From: a virus
Taxonomy: Duplodnaviria > Caudoviricetes
IMG/VR virus record: IMGVR_UViG_3300020192_000081
Span: 1 to 24,309 of that record
DNA: 24,309 bases
Strand: one strand, 5' to 3'
The position numbers were made by a program, and so were the translations under genes. Under the pieces are notes generated by a model. That model was not told where the DNA came from. It made no database searches and worked only from the letters and a program-made list of their open reading frames with translations. Below, in pieces: positions 17,784 to 24,309 of this stretch; positions within the stretch are counted from its first letter, which is position 1, and each line of letters starts with the position of its first letter.

Positions 17784-19592
17784 TTAGCGGCTCCCGTTGC
17801 TGATATTGGTCACCCGGCGTCGATTGGCCATGAACTGACCCATCCATGCACTGGGTTCGCCGACGAAGCTGGTGATGCGGCGTCCGGTGCTGTCGTGGGT
17901 CACGATCTCGCGCAGCATGCCCTCGGGCACGTCGAGCGGATTGCGCGCGGCCACCGCCGCGTCGGCGTAGATCGCCTGCGCAGCCAGCTCCAGCGCCGGC
18001 GGCGGCAGCGTGGCGAGGTCGATGCCCTTCCACGCAGGGGAGTGCTTCTGCATGCCCTGCGCCATGCGGCGCCGGTATGCGAGCAGGGTTTCGCCCTGGA
18101 CCGGCCGGCTGGCGGCACCACCGTGCGCCGCATAGACGCCGTCGGCGCGGACCTGCTCGGCGGCCAGCTCGCGACCCTCGTTTTCCGGCACCGGCATGAT
18201 GCGCGCCGTGAGCGCGTCGATCTCCTTGCGCATCCGGGCGTTGGCGCTGTCCATGCGCACCAGCGCGGCCTCTTTGGCCCGGACCGCCTCGGTTGCCTGC
18301 GCCGCGGCGTCCGCCTTCGCCTTCGAGCTGGCGGTCCAGCCCGCGCAGGCAGCATCTCTGCGCACGCGATCGACCGCGGTCTCGGTGGGCATCGACGCGA
18401 TCTCGGGGGGGAATTCCTCGCCACCGTCGTTGCCGGCAGCAGCGTCAGCCACCGGCGGCGTCGGGTCAGGTTCGGCGACAGGCGGCGGGGGCGCGCTGCC
18501 GCCATCCAGCGCGTCGATCCGGCTGGCCATGCCATCCAACCGCGCCAGGAGCGCGTCGAGCTTGCCGCCCATGTCCGCGTCATGCTGGTCCACCTTGGCA
18601 GTGGGATCGACCGCGGGTTTGGCGAAGGGATTGGGCTTCATGTTCGGGTCCACGGGGGGGGGCTCTCCGTTGGTTGCTGTGGTGGCGACGCCGGTCGGTG
18701 CTCCGCCTTTGTCCCAGACGCCTTGCTCGCAGATCGCGAGGTGGTCCAGTAGGCTCGGCTTGCCCTCGATCAGGAGGGTTCCGCCGTCATCAGTCTTCTC
18801 TGTCGTGTTCGCGGCGGTCGATCGGAATACCACCGCCGGTGAAGTTGACAGACGATGGTCCTCTATCATCTGGATCGTCGAATCATCGTATACCTTCGCA
18901 ATCCCCCATACTTCATTTTGCTTGACATATGGAAGCATGATCGTGCCGACCACGCGGGCAGCGAACTCCGCGGAATCGAGCACGTTGGTCTCGGGATGCT
19001 CGATCACCACGGGCAGGCCGTTGCAGCGGGCGAGGAAGCGGTCGTTCAGGTAGAGCGACGGATCGCGCCAGACGTGCTCGTTCAGCCCCTCGCGGTATGC
19101 CATCCCTGTGCCGGTGATGCGCATGGCCACCAGCGCGATGTTCTCGTACCGCTGCGGGCTGGTCAGGTCGCCATCGCGCACCGCCTGGGCGACGCCCAGC
19201 TCGTCCATATCGATCCGCGCCAGCGTGACCGCGGCGCCGGGATGCAGGGGTTCGGGCGCCTCGCTGGGATACGCCCACTCCGCTGCATCGTGCTCGCCGT
19301 TCAGCTGCGGCTCGAACGGCTCCGCCACCGGCACCAGGAACGCGGTCCAGTCCACGCCATCGGCCTGGCGTCGCGTCCACTGGCGCAGCCTGGCTGGGTC
19401 GCCGGCTAGTTTGGGGTCTGCGCCGACTTCCTCGGCAGCCTCGCGAATGGCCGCCTGTGCGGGCGTCTCGCCTGGCTCGATCTTTCCTCCGGGCGTGCCC
19501 CACTCGCCCGCATGGTCGCCCTCGGCGCTGCGCCGCACCAGCAGCACGCGACCGTCAGGGGCCATGAACAGGATGCCGGCAGCCGCAATCAC
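17784..19592 (-). CDS. Nudix hydrolase fused to DUF2213-like prohead protease and C-terminal scaffold (602 aa)
   Basis: Nudix box GKIEPGETPAQAAIREAAEEVG at about 19419-19487; central RITGTG, GLPVVIEHP, LSTSP, LDHLAICEQGVWD motifs of DUF2213-like proteins; Ala-rich helical C-terminus. Confidence 0.85.
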   Translation of the reverse strand: MIAAAGILFMAPDGRVLLVRRSAEGDHAGEWGTPGGKIEPGETPAQAAIREAAEEVGADPKLAGDPARLRQWTRRQADGVDWTAFLVPVAEPFEPQLNGEHDAAEWAYPSEAPEPLHPGAAVTLARIDMDELGVAQAVRDGDLTSPQRYENIALVAMRITGTGMAYREGLNEHVWRDPSLYLNDRFLARCNGLPVVIEHPETNVLDSAEFAARVVGTIMLPYVKQNEVWGIAKVYDDSTIQMIEDHRLSTSPAVVFRSTAANTTEKTDDGGTLLIEGKPSLLDHLAICEQGVWDKGGAPTGVATTATNGEPPPVDPNMKPNPFAKPAVDPTAKVDQHDADMGGKLDALLARLDGMASRIDALDGGSAPPPPVAEPDPTPPVADAAAGNDGGEEFPPEIASMPTETAVDRVRRDAACAGWTASSKAKADAAAQATEAVRAKEAALVRMDSANARMRKEIDALTARIMPVPENEGRELAAEQVRADGVYAAHGGAASRPVQGETLLAYRRRMAQGMQKHSPAWKGIDLATLPPPALELAAQAIYADAAVAARNPLDVPEGMLREIVTHDSTGRRITSFVGEPSAWMGQFMANRRRVTNISNGSR

Positions 19593-19666
19593 ATCGTGTA
19601 TCCCGGTATGCGACCCCTTCTTTCGGGCGTCGCAACGGGCGCGTCAATCAATTCACGAGGAATGCT

Positions 19667-19695
19667 TTGCAATCAGATTGAAAACCGCCTATAAA
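19667..19695 (+). promoter_or_regulatory. Sigma70-type promoter for the plus-strand island
   Basis: TTGCAA (19667-19672), 17 bp spacer, TATAAA (19690-19695) in an AT-rich patch about 45 bp upstream of the first plus-strand ORF. Confidence 0.7.
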
Positions 19696-19739
19696 ACCCT
19701 TGGGGCGGCGATTGTGCCGGCACCCACAGGATGCACGCC

Positions 19740-19934
19740 ATGGACATCACCGCCAATCGCAGCACTGCCCACCTCTCGACGGAACGCGCCGCGGAACTGG
19801 CCAGCGCTCGCGCTGCTATCCGCGCAGCGACCGACGCGTGGGACGCGGCGGGGACCGACGCCGCCGGGTGCCGCGCAGCCCTCGCAGCCCTCGCCGCCGC
19901 CCAGGATCGGGCACGCGCGGCACTCGCCGCCTAA
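19740..19934 (+). CDS. Small Ala-rich hypothetical protein (64 aa)
   Basis: AGGA RBS fits ATG 19740 better than 19731; directly downstream of the promoter; GC-rich third positions. Confidence 0.55.
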   Translation: MDITANRSTAHLSTERAAELASARAAIRAATDAWDAAGTDAAGCRAALAALAAAQDRARAALAA

Positions 19935-19960
19935 CCCCACCCAGCACAGAGGAGGCCTTC

Positions 19961-20287
19961 ATGGCCCGCTTCATCCTGATCGACAACTGTTCCGGCTACA
20001 TTTTTGGCGACACCGGCGACCTGGACGGCCCCGCGCGGGACGAAACCCCGCTTGAGGCTGCCGCCCGGCTTGACGCCCACATCGGCGAATTTGGACGCTC
20101 GTACGAGGAAGAGAGCCGCGGCGAACTGCGCAGCAACGAGACCGGATATCACGTCTACCGGGCGGACGTGCGCGGCTCGGATGCGGTCCCCCTCGTGAAC
20201 GACGGCCAGGACCAGGCGACCATCGACCGCGTCGAGCGCGAGTGCCAGTACGTCACCACGATTCGCTGCACCAGCGCGGGGTGCTGA
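19961..20287 (+). CDS. Hypothetical protein (108 aa), MARFILIDNCSGYIFGDT...
   Basis: Strong GAGGAGG RBS before ATG 19961; globular composition. Start corrected from 19700. Confidence 0.8.
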   Translation: MARFILIDNCSGYIFGDTGDLDGPARDETPLEAAARLDAHIGEFGRSYEEESRGELRSNETGYHVYRADVRGSDAVPLVNDGQDQATIDRVERECQYVTTIRCTSAGC

Positions 20288-20399
20288 ATATGGCACGCAA
20301 CCTGGTGCTCTGCCTGTCCGACGCGGGTGACGGTGGGTGGCCGACCCGGACGGCGCCAGTTGCACGATCGTCTGACGCCACTTGCTCCTTTGCGTGCCC

Positions 20400-20651
20400 C
20401 TAGTCCGCGTCCTCGCTCTCATCGCCAATTTCAGCTGCCCGCTTGCGCGTCCGGGCCTGAAACTCCTCCTGCCAACGGGCAGCCTTGGCGTTGCGCGCCT
20501 TCTGCTCGGGCGTCGACAGATCTTCGACTTCGATCATCGACCCGATCGACTCAATTCCCGCCGTGTCGGTGTTCCACCGCCCGCCCGACGCGTCTTGGCC
20601 CTGCTCCAGGCCTTCGTCTTCTTCTGCGTCGTTCTTCTTCTCGTCAGGCAT
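20400..20651 (-). CDS. Small acidic protein (83 aa), candidate inhibitor/partner of the ADP-ribosyltransferase
   Basis: Start overlaps the ART stop by 8 nt (ATGCCTGA); Asp/Glu-rich ends with a central helix. Function is inference. Confidence 0.6.
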   Translation of the reverse strand: MPDEKKNDAEEDEGLEQGQDASGGRWNTDTAGIESIGSMIEVEDLSTPEQKARNAKAARWQEEFQARTRKRAAEIGDESEDAD

Positions 20652-22665
20652 CTTCTCTGGTCCCCATGTATGTCACATGCACAACGTGCTTGGCGCTCTT
20701 TCCGCTGGCGTTTGCGATCTGCTCGACTTTGTCGATCCGAAACACCGAATTGGCGTTTAGCATGATTTCGCGCTCGCCGCCGGCCTGGCCCGCCATGACC
20801 AGGCCCTTGGTGCCTGCTGGCAGAACCATCTTGAGCGTGACCTGATCGCCGAAGAATGAGGAGGTCTTGGCACTTCTCGACACGCTCGCGAAATTCTTGT
20901 GTGCAAACGCGCGGCCCACTGACTTGGCTGGGTCATCGAAGCCAGACAAATCCTTGAGCGAACATTTCAGTCCTCGGAACACCGGCGTGTCGCAGGGAAT
21001 GACTGAATTGTTGATGACGTTCTTTATCCTCTTAATCCTCGCAGCGGTTTTGGGGCCGCCCGAGGTGCCAGACAACATCGCATTATTGATCGCCCCGTAT
21101 CCGCTGCCCTGGTAGACGTGGACGGCATCAAGGTCGTCCCTCGACAGTTTGTTGATCGAGTGGTCTTGGTATTCAGCCATCGCCTTGTCGACTGCCTGTG
21201 TCATGGCGTCTGCGCGATCGTTGCCGTAGGCGGCTGTGATCTTGGCGTACTGATTCCCCGGAATCTTGTCCGTGTCGATCAAATTGCGCGCGCGAATTTT
21301 GCCGTCAGCGCCATCGAATTTGCCGAACGTCTCCAAGTATACGGACGGTGCATCTTTGGCATCCTTATATATCTCGCTTTGGAGATTCTTCCCCGCGCCT
21401 TGCGGCAGTGAATTCGTCGCTGGCATGTTCATCGGCGCGTTCGCGGTCGTCGGCGTCAGCCCTGCAGCCGCCTGCACTTTGGCCAGGAACGTGTTCGCTG
21501 ACTGCTGGCCCATGCCTGCGGGATAAGCGATCGGCGTAATCTTCGACAGGGCTTGGGATTGTTCGTCGCCGCTCGGCAAGCCGAGAGCCTTGTTGAGCTT
21601 CAGCGCGATATCATCGACCGGCAACTTGTTCTTCGCCGTCATCCCCATCCACTTTTGCTGCAGATCAGCAAGCTCGCCAGTGAGTGCTTCGGTCTCTGCC
21701 AGGGGCTTGGCGGGCGGCTTGGGCATGGGAGCGGCTGGCGCCGCGGCAGCGCCGCTGGACGGAGGTGCGGGCTGTTTTGCGGCAGCCTCTGAAAGCGCTT
21801 TCATCAGAGCAGATGCGTATTGTTTATCTGCTGCGTCAGACAACCCAGCCTGCTTGTGAAAGAGTTGCGCGATCTTATCTGTCGCGCTTGTTGCTGCATC
21901 TTGCGCCAGCCAGAGCATTTCTTGTTGATTGTTCGAGTCTGGATCTGAGAGCGACGGCAGATCGAGCGCAGAACCGGATTCGGTCAGCGTCGGCACGGCA
22001 GCTGCGGGCGCGCTGCTCTTGTCGATCCCCAGCTTCAGTGCCGCCAGCGTTTGGTCTTTATAGGGCTGACTCTCCGGCGGCACCTTCAGCCCTTCAATTT
22101 CTTCCAGCTTTTCTTTGGTCGAATACACTTCCGAAGTGGCCATCCATTCGATGTCGATTTCCTTCTGATTCGAAGGCTTTGGCAGCGCCTTGAGCGCATT
22201 GATAATGGGGTTTTGGCCCGTCGAGGCGGAAGCCGGGCCTCCACCCTTCGGCGCTTTGGGCGGATCAGGAACGGTCATCCCCTTCTTCTTCATCGTGGCT
22301 GCCACGGCCGAGACGTAATTGTTGAGGTTCGGCGCCATCTCGAAATTGGCCTTGGTGGCGTCCCATATCTCCTGCTTGGTGATGCCGCCGTTCAGCAGCA
22401 GATGCTGCATCATGCCGTTCGGCGTGGCCTTCTTGCCTGACTTCTGCTGCTGCGACACGTACTCCGCAGCCGCCGCGCCCGCCGCGCCAGCGCCCTCGAC
22501 GAACTTGCCGTCCGGACCCCGGGGATGCTGCGCCTCGTCCCAAGCGTCGCCGCGTCGCACGATCGGCTGCATGTCCATGCGCCGCGAGAGCGCGTAGTCG
22601 ATGCGCTCCGACAGCGCGTCCACGCGCTCGAAGACGGCAGCCAGCTTCACCTGATCGAGTTTCAT
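20644..22665 (-). CDS. Head-module protein with HPR-motif leader and C-terminal ADP-ribosyltransferase (VIP2/C3-like, R-S-E class) (673 aa)
   Basis: C-terminal YQGSGYGAINNAM, VFRG (catalytic Arg), FASVS (S-x-S) and GGEREIML (E-x-E); N-terminal WDEAQHPRGPDGKF. Confidence 0.85.
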   Translation of the reverse strand: MKLDQVKLAAVFERVDALSERIDYALSRRMDMQPIVRRGDAWDEAQHPRGPDGKFVEGAGAAGAAAAEYVSQQQKSGKKATPNGMMQHLLLNGGITKQEIWDATKANFEMAPNLNNYVSAVAATMKKKGMTVPDPPKAPKGGGPASASTGQNPIINALKALPKPSNQKEIDIEWMATSEVYSTKEKLEEIEGLKVPPESQPYKDQTLAALKLGIDKSSAPAAAVPTLTESGSALDLPSLSDPDSNNQQEMLWLAQDAATSATDKIAQLFHKQAGLSDAADKQYASALMKALSEAAAKQPAPPSSGAAAAPAAPMPKPPAKPLAETEALTGELADLQQKWMGMTAKNKLPVDDIALKLNKALGLPSGDEQSQALSKITPIAYPAGMGQQSANTFLAKVQAAAGLTPTTANAPMNMPATNSLPQGAGKNLQSEIYKDAKDAPSVYLETFGKFDGADGKIRARNLIDTDKIPGNQYAKITAAYGNDRADAMTQAVDKAMAEYQDHSINKLSRDDLDAVHVYQGSGYGAINNAMLSGTSGGPKTAARIKRIKNVINNSVIPCDTPVFRGLKCSLKDLSGFDDPAKSVGRAFAHKNFASVSRSAKTSSFFGDQVTLKMVLPAGTKGLVMAGQAGGEREIMLNANSVFRIDKVEQIANASGKSAKHVVHVTYMGTREDA

Positions 22666-22692
22666 TTCGTCAGCACCTTTGCTCAGCAGCAG

Positions 22693-23421
22693 CTACTGCG
22701 TTTCGTTCGTCTGTCTGGCATTCAGGAATTGAAGGCCGGCCTTCCATGCCTCGGCATAGCCGCGCGGCGCCTCATATCCTGCCTCGACAGCCGCAACCGA
22801 ACCCTCATCTGCGAGTGCTTCAAGTAGCATTGCAGTAATCTGATTGCGCTGGTCGCTGCGCATCGGCTGGCTCGCGTTCATGGCTTCCTTGAGCGCGGGT
22901 GCGTCGATCCCGGCGGCTAGATCTTGGATGACGTAGACAGGCACGTTCGTCACTCCAAGCTGCCGTAGCGCCTCAAGGCGATGCTGGCCTTCGATCACAT
23001 TGCCTTCGGTGTCGACGATTGGTCGGCTGATAAACCCGCCAGGACCGTTCATTTTTTCTTTCAGCGCAGCAATCCGGGCTGCTTGCTCAGGATCGCCTAG
23101 CGCAACGCCGCCCTTCAGCTGGTCGATTTTCATGGTCTTCGGCCCAATGATTCGACCGGCCGGGAATGTTGCTTCCAGCACGCCTGCGACGCTCTCCGAT
23201 GGAGCGCGAGCCGGGAGCTTTAGAGCGGACCCTTTCGGTGATTTCCCTTTGCTTGCCGCACTGGTCCCTGCTCCGAATTTGCCGTCCTCCGCCCGAGGGT
23301 GCTTGGACTCGTCGAACTCGGCGGCGTCGGCTCGGCCGCGCGATTGCTCTATGCGAGCAATCCGATCCAGCAGATTGCTGACGAGGAACAGAACACGGTC
23401 GACTTTCTCAGCGTAGTTCAT
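22693..23421 (-). CDS. Head-module protein with HPR-motif leader and ParB/Sulfiredoxin-like domain (242 aa)
   Basis: Start at ATG 23421 (ATGA overlap with the upstream stop); FDESKHPRAEDGKF; PIVDTEGNVIEGQHRLEALRQLGVTNVPV matches the ParB/Srx core (G.HR). Confidence 0.8.
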   Translation of the reverse strand: MNYAEKVDRVLFLVSNLLDRIARIEQSRGRADAAEFDESKHPRAEDGKFGAGTSAASKGKSPKGSALKLPARAPSESVAGVLEATFPAGRIIGPKTMKIDQLKGGVALGDPEQAARIAALKEKMNGPGGFISRPIVDTEGNVIEGQHRLEALRQLGVTNVPVYVIQDLAAGIDAPALKEAMNASQPMRSDQRNQITAMLLEALADEGSVAAVEAGYEAPRGYAEAWKAGLQFLNARQTNETQ

Positions 23422-24248
23422 GCTTGCACCTTTGCCCGCGCAGCTTCCATGGCCTCGCGGCCGGTCTTGGTCACCATGTCCTCGGGCAGCTTGCGCACCG
23501 AGTAGATGTATGAGCCGAAGCACCGGCAGAACGGCTCCTCCGCCGGCTGTGTGATCTCGTCGAGGTATCCCGCAGCGCCAGGCTTCACGAAGCCCTTTTT
23601 GTGCGCCCACGAGTCGCGGATCAGATAGACCTTCTCGTCGCGGGCTTTATGGTCCTTCCGGTAGTCGTAGTTGATCTCGCGCCAGTTTGAGTGCCAGCGC
23701 ATGCCGATCGCGCCGCCGTCCTTCGCGATGACATCGTTGATGGTGGCGGTCAGCTTGTGGCCCTGGTCGATGATCACGCGCCGCTCCTCGAACGGCAGTT
23801 GCTTCAGCGCCTTGGCGACGTCGTACTTCACCTCGCGCAGATCAGTGACGCGCGAGCCGCCCGCCGGCACTGACGACGCCCACCCCTGGAAGCGCTGCAT
23901 GGTCTTGGCGATCGATTGTTCGCGATTCAGCGTGATCAGGCTGGCCGAGGTCATGATGCGTCGCTGCAGCTCGGCGTGCAGCTTCGGCTTGACCTCGCGC
24001 AAGGTGAACGCCGACACGCCGGGGTGCATGCGAGCGATCCGGCCCCCGTCGACCAGCCGCTGGTAGAGCCCCTTCAGCGTATCGCGCAGCAGCCGGTCCA
24101 GGGTGTCCTCTGGGGTCAGCGTGCGCTTGGCGGCCGCGGCGATCTTCGCCATCCACTCGTCGACCCGGCGCTGGCTGTCGAACCCGTGCTCCGTCAAGTC
24201 AGCGACCGCAGCGGTGATGACCTCAAAGAGGGTTTGGGGCTTTGCCAC
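23418..24248 (-). CDS. Head morphogenesis protein, MuF/SPP1 gp7-like, short form (276 aa)
   Basis: C-terminal WHS...YRKDHKARD and QPAEEPFCRC resemble the conserved MuF motifs; position upstream of the protease gene. Confidence 0.75.
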   Translation of the reverse strand: MAKPQTLFEVITAAVADLTEHGFDSQRRVDEWMAKIAAAAKRTLTPEDTLDRLLRDTLKGLYQRLVDGGRIARMHPGVSAFTLREVKPKLHAELQRRIMTSASLITLNREQSIAKTMQRFQGWASSVPAGGSRVTDLREVKYDVAKALKQLPFEERRVIIDQGHKLTATINDVIAKDGGAIGMRWHSNWREINYDYRKDHKARDEKVYLIRDSWAHKKGFVKPGAAGYLDEITQPAEEPFCRCFGSYIYSVRKLPEDMVTKTGREAMEAARAKVQA

Positions 24249-24255
24249 TGGCAGC

Positions 24256-24309
24256 CTACGCCGCGGGCGCGGGCGCGGGCTGCGCCTGGGCGGGGGCTGG
24301 GGCGGCTTC
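24256..24309 (-). CDS. C-terminal end of an upstream gene, probably the portal (partial)
   Basis: Frame reads EAAPAPAQAQPAPAPAA-stop, ending 7 nt before the MuF-like start; portal identity from gene order only. Confidence 0.35.
   Translation of the reverse strand, partial: EAAPAPAQAQPAPAPAA

Larger units (their letters stand above)
1..24309 (-). mobile_element. Myovirus-type phage or prophage structural module
   Basis: Continuous head-neck-sheath-tube-tape measure-baseplate-fibre gene order with many overlapping start/stop codons. Free phage versus prophage cannot be decided from this window. Confidence 0.95.

Noticed and set aside
51-19503. Many long plus-strand and alternative-frame ORFs (e.g. 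4238-5578, 6644-8089, 7228-8505, 13501-14751, 17532-18752)
   Set aside because: Typical shadow ORFs of high-GC coding DNA: biased composition, no recognisable motifs, fully overlapping well-supported genes.
19642-19647. TTGACG as the -35 of a minus-strand sigma70 promoter for the protease gene
   Set aside because: No acceptable -10 element 16-18 bp downstream.
23422-23610. ORF-track start giving a 305 aa ParB-like protein
   Set aside because: The extension overlaps the MuF-like gene in another frame; ATG 23421 gives an ATGA coupling and a leader matching the ART protein.
1-24309. CRISPR array, tRNA genes, diversity-generating retroelement, invertible fibre cassette, stop codon reassignment
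   Set aside because: No spaced direct repeats, cloverleaf, reverse transcriptase or invertase seen by eye; TAA, TAG and TGA all end genes at sensible positions.

Overview
The window is almost entirely the virion morphogenesis operon of a high-GC, contractile-tailed (myovirus-type) phage or prophage, encoded on the minus strand and read right to left. The order is: end of a probable portal gene, a short MuF-like head morphogenesis gene, accessory genes, a Nudix-fused prohead protease/scaffold, head decoration protein, major capsid, head-tail/neck genes, an extra fibre module, sheath, tube, tail chaperone (probable -1 frameshift), tape measure with a lytic transglycosylase, baseplate genes and glycine-rich fibre genes running off the left edge. 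The most notable part is 17.8-24.2 kb. Two unrelated enzyme-domain proteins (a ParB/Srx-like protein and an R-S-E class ADP-ribosyltransferase followed by a small acidic ORF) share an N-terminal leader: a helical segment resembling part of the scaffold, an R-x-D-A site and a [WF]DExxHPRxxDGKF motif. This suggests a modular, protease-processed capsid-cargo system. Also seen: one beta-domain inserted into three different structural proteins, an opposite-strand island with its own sigma70 promoter, and a hairpin covering the sheath ribosome binding site. All product calls rest on motif recognition and gene order; no database searches were run. No tRNA, CRISPR array, integrase or host gene was recognised.
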